Shown: one piece after another, positions 1 to 10,732 of the stretch
How the letters are laid out: each line of letters starts with the position of its first letter
How positions within the stretch are numbered: the stretch's first letter is position 1
DNA from: an uncultured delta proteobacterium
GTDB lineage: Bacteria > Desulfobacterota > RBG-13-43-22
Direction: 5' to 3'
Length of the DNA stretch: 64,000 nt
NCBI GenBank assembly: GCA_963743305.1
Contig: CAVUPH010000007.1
Span: 32,001-96,000, forward strand
Made by a program: the position numbers and the translations under genes
The notes under the pieces: model-generated
Databases searched by the model: none
Seen by the model: only the letters and a program-made list of their open reading frames with translations
What the model was told of the DNA's origin: nothing

Positions 1-356
1 CGGACCCGGGCTAAAAGCTCCAGCTTATCAACGGGATATGAAATAAAATCATCACACCCGGCTTCAATTCCCTTTATCCGATCTTCCGTTTCCTGCAATA
101 CGGTAACCAAGATTATCGGAAGCAATCGCTGGGCCTGATCTTGTCTGACCCTGCGGATAACTTCAAAACCATCCATGCCGGGCATCATTACGTCCAGAAG
201 GATCAGATCGATTGGATTATCAGAAAGTATCTCCAGCGCTTCTTCACCGTTGGTCGCCTTGACAATTTCATAACCTTGCGGAAGAAGATAGGCTTCGAGC
301 AGTTCAATGTGTTGGGGCTCGTCATCTACAACTAAGATTACCGGTTTGTCTCTCAT
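1..356 (-). CDS. Response regulator, N-terminal receiver domain (runs off window start)
   Basis: Manual translation from ATG at 356: MRDKPVILVVDDEPQNIELLEAYL...LILLDVMMPGMDGFEV...LLPIILVT...GCDDFISYPVD; not in ORF track because it is truncated. Confidence 0.85.
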   Translation of the reverse strand, partial: MRDKPVILVVDDEPQHIELLEAYLLPQGYEIVKATNGEEALEILSDNPIDLILLDVMMPGMDGFEVIRRVRQDQAQRLLPIILVTVLQETEDRIKGIEAGCDDFISYPVDKLELLARV

Positions 357-390
357 CCTCTATCTTTCTCGAATTTGATTTTTCAGTAGA

Positions 391-765
391 TTAGATAGCC
401 GACTTAATAAATTGACTAATTTCTTTCGCAAAGGTGCGCGTATTTATCGGCTTGCCTATAAATCCGGTGTTGGATATGTCTTTTATCTCTTCTCGGCCTT
501 CTGCCAAAACAGAAGCGGTCACAAAAACAATGGGAATATCGCCTGTTTCTTTTTCTTGACGTAATATTTTGGCGGCTTCGGTGCCGCGCATATCCGGAAG
601 CCGCACATCCATTACTATAATATCCGGTATTTCTCTCCTGGCAATGGCCATTCCATCGGCAGCATTTTCAGCTCCAAATACTTCAAAGCCGGCGACCATC
701 AAAAGGTCTTTCTCCAACATCAGATTGTTTCCGTTATCATCGACAATTAATGCTTTCGGCCTCAT
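391..765 (-). CDS. Single-domain response regulator (DivK/CheY-like)
   Basis: LIVDD, IIVMDVRLP, VFVTAS, KP receiver motifs. Confidence 0.9.
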   Translation of the reverse strand: MRPKALIVDDNGNNLMLEKDLLMVAGFEVFGAENAADGMAIARREIPDIIVMDVRLPDMRGTEAAKILRQEKETGDIPIVFVTASVLAEGREEIKDISNTGFIGKPINTRTFAKEISQFIKSAI

Positions 766-2023
766 CGCACACCACCCTCCTGGATATAATAGGAAGAGTA
801 AATCGGACCGAGGTGCCTTTATTTAGCCCCTCTGATTCTACAGAAAGATCCCCGCCGTGAAGCTCAACCAGTTTTTTAGAAAGCGGCAAACCGAGTCCGG
901 TCCCCTCAGTTACCCGAGAATAGGGAGTATCGACCCGGAAGAACCCTTCAAATATCTTCCCCATGTTTTCAGGGGCGATACCGACCCCCGTATCCCAGAC
1001 CACTATTTCTATCTCGGAATCAGCTTTCTTCGCCCGCATGCCAATCTTACCACCCTCGGGGGTAAATTTAACCGCGTTTGAAAGCAGGTTGTAAATTATC
1101 TCTTTCACCTTGAGATCATCTGCCTCTATATTTGGCAGATCTTCGGCTATTTCAAGCAACATTTCAATTTTCTTTTTGCTCATCAAATCCGCTACCAGCA
1201 GTGAAATCTCATTTAATAGGCTTTTCATGGGTAAGTTGGACAAAGCCAACTTCATCTTTCCGGCTTCAACTTTGGCCATATCAAGTATCTGGTTAATCAG
1301 TAAGAGAAGGTGCTTCCCGCTGGTTAAAACATTCGTAACGTATTTTTTCTGCTTCTCATTAAGCGGTCCGAAGGTCTCATCGTATAATACCTCAGAGAAA
1401 CCGTTAATGGAGTTAAGCGGGGTCCTGAGTTCATGCGACATGTTGGCCAGAAACTCAGATTTTACCTGAGCGGTACGTTTTAACTCGCTGGCCAACTCCT
1501 TCAATTCTTCATGGGCTGTTTCCAGACCGTTTTCTATTTCCCTGCGCTCAGTGACGTCCTCGATGGCCAGGAGGATGATACGCTCTTTTCCCCACACTCT
1601 TTGAATCTGCCGGGCATTCAAAAGCATGGTGCGCCTGCCGATGGAAGCAAAATCATGTTCAACCTCATAGTTATCAAAGGTTGTCTTTTGAGGAAGTATG
1701 GTTTCCAGCAATTCCCGCAACTTAGGGATATCCCACTGTTTATTGCCCAGGTCATAAATAAGGTGTCCCACGGTCTCTTCAGGCATTACCTTAAAGAATT
1801 CATAAAAGGAGCGGTTGACCGTGACCACCCTTAAATCCTGATCCAGGGCGATTAAGGGTTCCCGTACGGTGTTGATGATGCTCTCGGCATAGCGACGGGC
1901 CTCCTCGACTGCCAGCTCAGCCGACTTATTCCCGGTTATTGATTTTTCCAGCGCGGCATTTTTCGAACGTAATTCCGATAATTCATGGACGAATTGCGCT
2001 CTGGTTTTGTCATCATCTTTCAT
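737..2023 (-). CDS. Cytoplasmic PAS sensor histidine kinase
   Basis: PAS region; H-box FLANMSHELRTPLN, N-box NLLSNAVKFT, G-boxes DTGVGI and GTGLGL. Confidence 0.92.
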   Translation of the reverse strand: MKDDDKTRAQFVHELSELRSKNAALEKSITGNKSAELAVEEARRYAESIINTVREPLIALDQDLRVVTVNRSFYEFFKVMPEETVGHLIYDLGNKQWDIPKLRELLETILPQKTTFDNYEVEHDFASIGRRTMLLNARQIQRVWGKERIILLAIEDVTERREIENGLETAHEELKELASELKRTAQVKSEFLANMSHELRTPLNSINGFSEVLYDETFGPLNEKQKKYVTNVLTSGKHLLLLINQILDMAKVEAGKMKLALSNLPMKSLLNEISLLVADLMSKKKIEMLLEIAEDLPNIEADDLKVKEIIYNLLSNAVKFTPEGGKIGMRAKKADSEIEIVVWDTGVGIAPENMGKIFEGFFRVDTPYSRVTEGTGLGLPLSKKLVELHGGDLSVESEGLNKGTSVRFTLPIISRRVVCDEAESINCR

Positions 2024-2057
2024 GCGGCCACCTATTAGATGTTAGAACTGAAACAAA

Positions 2058-2125
2058 AGGCGCTCCACCCTTTCGGGTGGGTACCCCCCCTATCTGGTAT
2101 GGTCGAAGGGTCTCGGCGAAAAGAT
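2058..2125 (-). repeat. Copy A of ~75-bp dispersed repeat family (GGAAAACCCTTTC..GAGAC..GTACCCACCC)
   Basis: Reverse complement CTTTTCGCCGAGACCCTTCGACCATACCAGATAGGGGGGGTACCCACCCGAAAGGG aligns with copies at 10643, 47935, 61043, 61262. Confidence 0.75.
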
Positions 2126-2141
2126 TTATCATAACACCACC

Positions 2142-2297
2142 ATTCCCCAGAATAAGGTAATTGATTCTAAAAAGCCAGAAATTGATGATCCGATCACCGA
2201 TGTACTTCGCCAGGGAGTCCGGCAACTGTTGACCGCCGCTTTAGAGGCCATCCCTACCTTAGAGGATCCCTTCAGTGCCCTATGCAAGAACTATTAA
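2142..2297 (+). pseudogene. IS256-family transposase N-terminal remnant
   Basis: Translates to IPQNKVIDSKKPEIDDPITDVLRQGVRQLLTAALEA..., resembling IS256 transposase N-termini; no ATG; stops after ~50 codons. Confidence 0.6.
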
Positions 2298-2340
2298 TGC
2301 TGTCCATAGTTCACTTTGGTCTTATCCGAGCTCACCACCA

Positions 2341-2364
2341 TGGGACTTTTTGCGAAACCATCAA
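2341..2364 (-). repeat. Solo end of TTGATG..TCGCAAAAAGTC repeat/MITE family
   Basis: Reverse complement TTGATGGTTTCGCAAAAAGTCCCA resembles 13637-13664 and 63826-63852. Confidence 0.6.
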
Positions 2365-2420
2365 AAGGTCTATATTTCCATTTTTTCCCGATGGCTAAAT
2401 CGAATTTATGAATCGAGGGA

Positions 2421-3530
2421 CTAAGGCGTAATCGGACGGATTTCTATTCGAATTGCAACCGGCTCTTCTTGGGGAGGAGGGAGACGTCCTTTTCCCTGGA
2501 TTTCACCCAGGGTGTTCAGTTGGTCGAGGAGTTCGGGGATTGTTGGAGACGCTACGGCGGCGGTAATAATCTCTACCTCAGGCCTTGTCTCCTGGTGGAC
2601 ATTCTTAGCGCCTATCTGCCGGAGCAGGTCCAGGGCTTTTACTGCGGCTTCCTGAACGTCTCGAACCCGGAGGGTAAACCCTGTCGGGGTTGATTTAAAA
2701 GCGGCGGCCGGTCCGACCGTTGAGCGGCCTGAGGCCGATTTACCCTTCTCTTCCAATAATTCAAAGGCTCGTGGTTGCGCCCGGTCCTTTTCTTTCGTGA
2801 CCGCCCCCAAGGCTGGGGCCGGTTTGCTTTCAGAGGGCTCCATTTTTTTCAGAGGGGCAGCGGGATTTACGGGCGCCTCCATTTTATTGGCGAAGATTTC
2901 ATTCGGGGTTTCCCTGGCCGGCGGCATCGAGGATCCGGCTGCCGCAGCTCTCTTCTCTTCCGCACTTTTATCCCCCGGGATCCCTGATCCCGAGAGTTGG
3001 CGGGCAGCCGGTTCTTTCTCCAGCCGACTCCGGGCCGCAGTTTTGGTTTCCAGATTTGGGGGGATTATCGGGGCTGCCGGGGCCGTGGGAACCGGAGCAG
3101 TCTCCTTTCCCTTTTCCTGATAGGCAAACTCCTTAGGGACGGGGGAAACCGATTCCGAAGGCGCCCTTAAAAGCGGCGTCTCCGGTTCGTTGACTTGGAA
3201 GACATAAACCGCCAGAATCACTACCAGGACGGAAGCCATCGCCTCCAGGGGAATTTTAATATGGAGGGGATAAAACAATTTTCTAAGGAGACCTCTTTCC
3301 CCGGCTGCTTCTTCACGGACCCGGACCATAACCTTTTGAGTGAACCAGGGAGGGGGAGCGACCTCCGGGAGACGGCTCAAAAGGTCCTTGGTCCGGTTCA
3401 GGTCCTGGAGAGCCCGGCGGCAGGGTTCACAGGAGTGAAGGTGGTTTTCCAGGTCCTTTTGGTCCTGACCGGAAATCAATCCTTCCTGATAGGCCGGGAG
3501 TCTTTTCTCAAATTCCTGGCAGGGGTTCAT
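2421..3530 (-). CDS. Zinc-finger (zf-HC2) anti-sigma factor, single TM, DUF2275-like
   Basis: C..HLHSCEPC motif, TM segment, Pro/Ala-rich linker; overlaps sigma factor stop. Confidence 0.85.
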   Translation of the reverse strand: MNPCQEFEKRLPAYQEGLISGQDQKDLENHLHSCEPCRRALQDLNRTKDLLSRLPEVAPPPWFTQKVMVRVREEAAGERGLLRKLFYPLHIKIPLEAMASVLVVILAVYVFQVNEPETPLLRAPSESVSPVPKEFAYQEKGKETAPVPTAPAAPIIPPNLETKTAARSRLEKEPAARQLSGSGIPGDKSAEEKRAAAAGSSMPPARETPNEIFANKMEAPVNPAAPLKKMEPSESKPAPALGAVTKEKDRAQPRAFELLEEKGKSASGRSTVGPAAAFKSTPTGFTLRVRDVQEAAVKALDLLRQIGAKNVHQETRPEVEIITAAVASPTIPELLDQLNTLGEIQGKGRLPPPQEEPVAIRIEIRPITP

Positions 3531-4171
3531 AAGTCACCAAAACCTTTTTTCAGACAATTCTTGACGGACTCCCTGGCCCGGAAAAGACGGGATTTGACCG
3601 TTCCATCGGGGAGTTTAAGGGTCTGCTGTATCTCCTCATAGGAATGTCCCAGAATATCGCGGAGGACCAAAACTTCCCGATAGCCCTCGTCCAATTGACT
3701 GATGCATTCCTGAACCTTTTTTTCGATTTCCTTCTTTTCCAATTGGACCAGGACCGAGGCCTCCAGGGAGGGAGGATCGGGGTCCAAACGTCCCGACCCT
3801 GCCGCCGGAGGATCATCGAGGGACAGCGCGTGGTGACGTTCCCGGGAGGCGATCTGCTTCAAGCGGTTTCTGACCTGATTGAGCACGATGCCATAGAGCC
3901 AGCTCGAAAATTTTGCCTCGCCTCTAAATTTTCTGATGGCGCGGAACGCGGATAAAAAGGCCTCCTGCACTGCGTCGGCGGCCTCTTCATAATCCCCCAG
4001 CAGCCGGTAGGCGAGGTTGAGCATCTTCTTCTGGTACTTTTCCACCAGGGCTTCAAAGGCTCGGAGATCTCCCTTCTGCGTCGATCGGACCAGGACTTCG
4101 TCCTCATCGGCCATCGACCGGATTGTTCCATCGTTACTATTAGAGCTGTTCACCGGCTCAATTGTTCCCAT
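3527..4171 (-). CDS. ECF RNA polymerase sigma factor
   Basis: Region 2 (DAVQEAF..FRGEAKFSSWLY) and region 4 (SYEEI..GTVKSRLFRAR); start 4171 or 4114 more plausible than 4237. Confidence 0.92.
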   Translation of the reverse strand: MGTIEPVNSSNSNDGTIRSMADEDEVLVRSTQKGDLRAFEALVEKYQKKMLNLAYRLLGDYEEAADAVQEAFLSAFRAIRKFRGEAKFSSWLYGIVLNQVRNRLKQIASRERHHALSLDDPPAAGSGRLDPDPPSLEASVLVQLEKKEIEKKVQECISQLDEGYREVLVLRDILGHSYEEIQQTLKLPDGTVKSRLFRARESVKNCLKKGFGDL

Positions 4172-4240
4172 CGGAATGACTTGGGCACCCTTTGTTTTAA
4201 AATATAGAGTTATAGCTTTTTTTATGCTACAAAACAACCT

Positions 4241-4978
4241 ATGGATCTAAAGGTCCCCTCATCCGTAACCCTGTTTATTCCCTGTCTGATGGATTCCCTT
4301 TATCCTCAGGCGGCCCGGGATCTGGTGGAATTGCTGAAAAAATGCGGCTTCCGAGTGGATTATCCGAAAGGACAGACCTGCTGCGGGCAGCCGGCTTTTA
4401 ACCAGGGCTATTTTGATGTCGCCCGGAAGCTGGCTCGCCGGTTTCTCGATATTTTCGAAGCGGCGGAATGCATTGTCTGTCCCTCCGGTTCCTGCACGGC
4501 CATGGTCAGGAACCACTACCCGGAACTATTGACGGCAGAGCCGGTCTGGCTGGAAAAGGCCCTGGCCGTGGGGGGGAAAATATTTGAGGCTTCACAGTTC
4601 CTGACCGCCTTCGCGGCCTCCGAAAAGATTCGGGCCCATTTCCAGGGAAAAGTCACTTATCACGACTCCTGCCACTCCGCCCGCAGCCTGGGAATATACG
4701 AGGAGCCCAGGCGGTTGCTCTCTCAAGTCCAAGGGCTGGAGTTGGTTGAAATGGCCGATTCCAAGGCCTGCTGCGGTTTCGGCGGGCTGTTTTCCCGGCG
4801 TTTTCCCGAGGTCTCGCAGGCCATCACCGTGGAAAAGATAAAACAAATCCTGGCCACCGGGGCGGAATGGGTGGTCGGCAACGACCCGGGCTGCCTGATG
4901 AATATCCAGGGCGGTTTGAACCGGCTCAAGTCGCCGATCCAGGTTAAACACCTCGTGGAAATACTAAATAGCCGATGA
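4241..4978 (+). CDS. lutA: Lactate utilization protein A (CCG-domain Fe-S protein)
   Basis: QTCCGQP, PSGSC, YHDSCH, CCGFGG, DPGCLM motifs. Confidence 0.85.
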   Translation: MDLKVPSSVTLFIPCLMDSLYPQAARDLVELLKKCGFRVDYPKGQTCCGQPAFNQGYFDVARKLARRFLDIFEAAECIVCPSGSCTAMVRNHYPELLTAEPVWLEKALAVGGKIFEASQFLTAFAASEKIRAHFQGKVTYHDSCHSARSLGIYEEPRRLLSQVQGLELVEMADSKACCGFGGLFSRRFPEVSQAITVEKIKQILATGAEWVVGNDPGCLMNIQGGLNRLKSPIQVKHLVEILNSR

Positions 4979-6336
4979 ACATACGAACCGAACAGTTTAG
5001 AAAACAGGCCGCCCTGGCCCTGGAAGATAAGACCATGCAGGAGGCCATATCCCGGGCTTCCGGTCGTTTCAGCCAGAACCGGACCAAGGCCTTCGGGGAG
5101 CTGCCTGAGGCCGAGGCCCTTCGGACCCGGGCCCACGATATCAAGGCCGAAGCCATAGCGCATCTGGACGATTACCTGGAGGAATTCACGGCCTCGGCCC
5201 AAAAGCTGGGCATTACCGTGCACCGCGCCGCGGACGGGGCCGACGCCTGCCGCTATATCGGAGACCTGGCTCAATCCCAGGGGATCGAGATGGTGGTCAA
5301 GGGCAAGTCCATGACCACTGAAGAGATCGACCTGAACCGCTACCTGGAGGCCGCCGGAATCCAGGTCTGGGAGACCGACCTGGGCGAATTTATCATCCAG
5401 TTGGCCGGGGAAGGGCCTTCCCATATTATCGCCCCGGCCCTGCACAAGACCCAGCAGGAGATCGCCCTCCTTTTCAATAAAAAATTAGGGGTGCCGCTCT
5501 ATGATGACCCGGTAAAACTGACCCAGGTGGCCCGGGAATTCCTGCGGGACAAATATTTTCAGGCCGGTCTGGGGATCAGCGGGGCCAACTTCGCGCTGGC
5601 CCGAACCGGAACCATCGTCATCTTGGAAAACGAGGGTAACGCCCGTTTCTCCACTACCTTCCCCCGGATCCATGTGGCGCTGGTGGGGATAGAAAAGGTG
5701 ATTCCCGGACTTCGGGAACTGGGGATCTTTCTGAAACTACTGGCCCGAAGCGCCACCGGACAGAAAGCCTCCACCTATGTTTCTCTGATCCAGGGGCCCC
5801 GTCGGCCCGGAGAACTGGACGGTCCGGAAGAAATGCACATCGTGCTGTTGGATAACGGACGAAGCCGCTTCCGCCGGGACGACGAAATGCGGCCGTCGCT
5901 GTATTGCCTGCGTTGCGGAGCCTGTTTGAATGTCTGCCCGGTTTACCAGCGGATCGGCGGTCATGCCTATGGCTGGGTTTACAGCGGACCCATCGGGTCC
6001 CTGATGACGCCCCAATTCTTGGGGATTCAACGGGCTAAATACCTGCCTCTGGCCTCCACCCTCTGCCGGGCCTGCGCCGAGGTCTGTCCGGTCCGGATTC
6101 CTCTGCCCGATTTGCTCCTGACCCTGCGCCGGCGGATTGTGGAGCAGCACGGTCTTCCCTGGCTGGAAAGAAAAATGATGGAAATCTGGGGGTTCTGTCA
6201 AAGCAGCCCGGAAAGATACCAAGCGGCCCTTGGTCTGGCCCGGATCGGGGAGGGATTCACCTCAGGTCTTTTGCCGACCGGGGGAGACCTGCCTGAAAAA
6301 AACTTTCATCGGATTTGGGAAGATGGACAGGACTGA
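4975..6336 (+). CDS. lutB: Lactate utilization protein B (LUD domain + 4Fe-4S)
   Basis: KGKSMTTEE, ETDLGE, ENEGN, CLRCGACLNVCP, YSGPIG, LCRACAEVCP. Confidence 0.9.
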   Translation: MNIRTEQFRKQAALALEDKTMQEAISRASGRFSQNRTKAFGELPEAEALRTRAHDIKAEAIAHLDDYLEEFTASAQKLGITVHRAADGADACRYIGDLAQSQGIEMVVKGKSMTTEEIDLNRYLEAAGIQVWETDLGEFIIQLAGEGPSHIIAPALHKTQQEIALLFNKKLGVPLYDDPVKLTQVAREFLRDKYFQAGLGISGANFALARTGTIVILENEGNARFSTTFPRIHVALVGIEKVIPGLRELGIFLKLLARSATGQKASTYVSLIQGPRRPGELDGPEEMHIVLLDNGRSRFRRDDEMRPSLYCLRCGACLNVCPVYQRIGGHAYGWVYSGPIGSLMTPQFLGIQRAKYLPLASTLCRACAEVCPVRIPLPDLLLTLRRRIVEQHGLPWLERKMMEIWGFCQSSPERYQAALGLARIGEGFTSGLLPTGGDLPEKNFHRIWEDGQD

Positions 6337-6898
6337 TTGGCTCGACCGGCTGGAACTGGAACTCAAGGCCCTGCAGGCCCGAACCTTTCGGGCCGAGGAC
6401 CCGGCCGCTTTAAAGGAAATTTTACAAACCCTATGTCGGGACTGTCTTCCTGAGGCCGTTGCCCGGGAAGACCGCCCCTGGCTGGAAAAACTGGATCTGG
6501 GGTTTCCCGTTTATCAGCCGGCGGATAGACTTCATCCGGGAAACGGGTCATGGAAACCGCTTCGGGATATTACCGTGGGGATCACCGGGGTGGATTACGC
6601 TTTGGCGGAAACCGGCACCCTGGTGCTGACTTCGGGACAGTCGAGAGGACGAGGACTTTCCTTGGCCCCTCGTCACCATATCGCCTTGTTGCCCTTGGAA
6701 CGGTTGCTGTTCTCCTTAGACCAGTTCCTGGATCTTTATTCCGACGGGGAAAGCTTTTTGACCCAGGGCAGCGCCGTGACCTTTATTTCCGGGGCCAGCC
6801 GCACGGCGGACATTGAGCTGAATCTGGTCCTCGGCGCCCACGGTCCCAAGGAATTGAGTGTCGTGACCCTGTGTTTTCCGGTGGGGATAGCGGGTTGA
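6323..6898 (+). CDS. lutC: Lactate utilization protein C (LUD domain)
   Basis: AETGTLV, ISGASRTADIEL, GAHGP; ATG at 6323 overlaps the lutB end. Confidence 0.85.
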   Translation: MDRTDWLDRLELELKALQARTFRAEDPAALKEILQTLCRDCLPEAVAREDRPWLEKLDLGFPVYQPADRLHPGNGSWKPLRDITVGITGVDYALAETGTLVLTSGQSRGRGLSLAPRHHIALLPLERLLFSLDQFLDLYSDGESFLTQGSAVTFISGASRTADIELNLVLGAHGPKELSVVTLCFPVGIAG

Positions 6899-6972
6899 TA
6901 GTTTGAGGTTACGCCCAGAACGAGAATAGAATCGATGATCTCGTCACTAAAGAAAACGAGGAGTTTCAGGTC

Positions 6973-7962
6973 ATGCCCATTTTTATTCAAGGAACCGGAT
7001 CATATCTTCCTCCCCAGGTGTTGCACAACCGAGACCTGGAAAAAATATTGGACACCAACGATGAATGGATCACCCAGCGGACCGGGATTCGTGAGCGGCG
7101 GGTGGCCGAGCCCCAGGTGGCCGCCTCCGATCTGGCCCTGGAGGCCTCCCGGAGGGCTTTGGAAATGGCCGGCGTGAGCGTGACGGACTTGCAGCTCATC
7201 ATCGTAGCCACCATCACCCCGGATACCCACTGCCCGGCCGCGTCCAACTGGCTGCAGGCCAAATTGGGGGCCGACCAGGCGGTGACCTTTGACATTACCG
7301 CCGCCTGCTCCGGTTTCGTTTTTGCCCTGAACGTGGCGGAACAATATCTGAAGGCCGGGACTTTCCAGACTATCCTGGTCGTGGCCTCGGAGATCATGAC
7401 CCGGACTTTGAACTGGAAGGACCGGACTTCGGCTATCCTCTGGGGGGACGGGGCCGGCGCCGTGGTGTTGACCGCGAACCCGGGAGGGCAGGGTCATCCG
7501 ATCCTTTCCACCCACATTCACACCGACGGGGCCAACGGGGCCAATCTGCTCCTGCCGGGTGGCGGCTCCAAGACCACGCCCATCTCCCATGAAAGCGTGG
7601 ATCGGGACCTCCATACGCTTAAACTAATCGAGGCCAGCGCCTCGGTGCGGGTGGCGGTGAAACATTTTGCTGAAGCCTGTGTCGAAGCCGTGGAAACCAA
7701 CGGGTACACCCTGGGAGAGGTGGACTGGGTAATTCCCCACCAGGCCAACCTGCGAATGCTCCAGTCTCTGGCCAAGCGGCTGAATGTGCCTATAGAGAAG
7801 TTCTACCTGACGTTGCAGAAATTCGGGAATATTTCGTCGGCCTCCATCCCCATCGCTTTGGACGAGGCCGTCCGGACAGGGGCCATTCGGAAAGACCAGT
7901 TGGTAGTGCTAACGGCCTTTGGGGGAGGATTGACTTGGGCGAGCGCGTTGATTCGCTGGTAA
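6973..7962 (+). CDS. fabH: 3-oxoacyl-ACP synthase III
   Basis: RTGIRERR, catalytic AACSGF, HQAN, GNISSAS, GGGLTW. Confidence 0.92.
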   Translation: MPIFIQGTGSYLPPQVLHNRDLEKILDTNDEWITQRTGIRERRVAEPQVAASDLALEASRRALEMAGVSVTDLQLIIVATITPDTHCPAASNWLQAKLGADQAVTFDITAACSGFVFALNVAEQYLKAGTFQTILVVASEIMTRTLNWKDRTSAILWGDGAGAVVLTANPGGQGHPILSTHIHTDGANGANLLLPGGGSKTTPISHESVDRDLHTLKLIEASASVRVAVKHFAEACVEAVETNGYTLGEVDWVIPHQANLRMLQSLAKRLNVPIEKFYLTLQKFGNISSASIPIALDEAVRTGAIRKDQLVVLTAFGGGLTWASALIRW

Positions 7963-8037
7963 ATAGGACCCAGTGAGTAGTAGGCGGTAAGCAGTAAGGG
8001 GAGTGGGGCCAGGGGTTTAAAAAAAGGGAACTAAATC

Positions 8038-8074
8038 AAAAAGGGGGCTGGAGTCTTCTCCAGCCCCCTTTTTT
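8038..8074. terminator. Bidirectional intrinsic terminator between convergent fabH and ahcY
   Basis: AAAAAGGGGGCTGGAG-TCTT-CTCCAGCCCCCTTTTTT perfect hairpin with A/T tails. Confidence 0.85.
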
Positions 8075-8088
8075 GTTCATCGGTTGGA

Positions 8089-9348
<1,260 letters not shown>

Positions 9349-9378
9349 TTATCCTTTCTTTTGAGGCCTATTTCGCGG

Positions 9379-10569
9379 TTATTTTTTGGAAGCCCGCGGT
9401 TTATTATGAATTCCGGCTTTTCCCCGGAGGACGTCGATCTTGTCGATCTTTTCCCAGGTGAAACCGGGTTCAGTCCGTCCGAAGTGGCCATAGGCCGCTG
9501 TGTCTTTAAAAATCGGGCGCAACAAGTTCAGATGCCGGATGATGTCGGCCGGTTTGAAACTGAAGGTCTCCCGGATGATGCGGTTTAACTGATCATCGGG
9601 AAGCTTCCCGGTCCCGCGGGTATCCACGAAAATGGAAAGCGGGTCGGCCTGCCCGATGGTATAGGCCACCTGGAGCCGACAGACGTCGGCCAGACCGGCG
9701 GCGACCACGTTTTTGGCCACATAGCGAGCCATGTAGGAAGAACTGCGATCCACCTTGGAGGGATCCTTCCCGGAAAAGGCCCCGCCTCCGTGGCTTCCCC
9801 GGCCCCCGTAGGTGTCGGCGATGATTTTTCGGCCGGTCATACCGCAGTCCCCCAAGGGGCCGCCGACGACGAAACGCCCGGTGGTGTTGATCAAAAACTG
9901 GGTTTTCTTGCTCAGCAAAGAGGCCGGAATGACTTTCTTGATGACGGTTTCAATAATGCCTTCCCGGAGTTTTTTATAGGTGACATCAGGGGTGTGCTGG
10001 GCGGCAATCACCACGGTGGGGATGGAAACCGGTTTTCCATTTAAATACTCCACGGTCACCTGAGTCTTCCCGTCAGGACGGAGGAATTTAAGGATCCCCT
10101 TCTTGCGGACCTCCGCCAGTCGGCGTGCCAGTCGATGGGCGTACCAAATAGGCATGGGCATATAATCTTTGGTTTCGTTGCAGGCGTAACCGAACATCAT
10201 CCCCTGGTCTCCGGCCCCCTGTTCTTTCTTCACGTCTCCGTTGACCCCCTGAGCGATATCCGGAGACTGCTTGTCGATGCTGGTCAAAACGGCGCAGGTC
10301 TCCCAGTCGAAACCCATGGAAGAATCGTTATACCCTATTTCCTTGATGGTCCGCCGGACGATTCCCGGCATTTCCACGTAAGTGTTCGTGGTAATCTCTC
10401 CGGCAATTAGAACCAAACCGGTGGTGACCAGGGTCTCGCAGGCGACGCGGGAGTTGGGGTCATCCTTTAAAATGGCATCCAAGATGGAATCCGAGATCTG
10501 ATCGGCTACTTTGTCCGGATGACCTTCGGTGACCGATTCCGAGGTAAAAAAATAGTTGGCTGAACTCAT
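9379..10569 (-). CDS. metK: S-adenosylmethionine synthetase
   Basis: [28 protein letters not shown]; AGGAGG RBS before ATG at 10569. Confidence 0.98.
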   Translation of the reverse strand: MSSANYFFTSESVTEGHPDKVADQISDSILDAILKDDPNSRVACETLVTTGLVLIAGEITTNTYVEMPGIVRRTIKEIGYNDSSMGFDWETCAVLTSIDKQSPDIAQGVNGDVKKEQGAGDQGMMFGYACNETKDYMPMPIWYAHRLARRLAEVRKKGILKFLRPDGKTQVTVEYLNGKPVSIPTVVIAAQHTPDVTYKKLREGIIETVIKKVIPASLLSKKTQFLINTTGRFVVGGPLGDCGMTGRKIIADTYGGRGSHGGGAFSGKDPSKVDRSSSYMARYVAKNVVAAGLADVCRLQVAYTIGQADPLSIFVDTRGTGKLPDDQLNRIIRETFSFKPADIIRHLNLLRPIFKDTAAYGHFGRTEPGFTWEKIDKIDVLRGKAGIHNKPRASKK

Positions 10570-10596
10570 GGGCAACCCTCCTTGAAAAAATAAACC

Positions 10597-10624
10597 ATAT
10601 TAGTCAATCAGTTACAATTGTCAA
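10597..10624 (-). promoter_or_regulatory. Probable sigma70 promoter of metK
   Basis: TTGACA-16nt-TAATAT on the minus strand. Confidence 0.5.
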
Positions 10625-10642
10625 GCCTTAAATATATGATTG

Positions 10643-10720
10643 TTCGCCCTTTGGAAAACTCTTTCGTCGAGACCCGACGGCCATACCAGATCTGGGAGGT
10701 ACCCACCCCAAAGGGCGAAG
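10643..10720 (+). repeat. Copy B of ~75-bp dispersed repeat, with 12-bp terminal inverted repeat
   Basis: TTCGCCCTTTGG...CCAAAGGGCGAA enclosing AAAACTCTTTCGTCGAGACCCGACGGCC..GGTACCCACCC. Confidence 0.75.
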
Positions 10721-10732
10721 CGGCAAATATAT

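Noticed and set aside
2058-2090. CCACCCGAAAGGGTGG hairpin upstream of the kinase as a c-di-GMP-I riboswitch
   Set aside because: Lacks the flanking GCAAA/ACGCAAA and second-stem elements; better explained as the end of the dispersed repeat
2013-2225. 70-aa minus-strand ORF
   Set aside because: Runs across the repeat and antisense to the IS256 remnant; no protein-like features
10570-10730. SAM riboswitch upstream of metK
   Set aside because: No SAM-I core; the promoter is very close to the start and the nearby structure is a repeat copy
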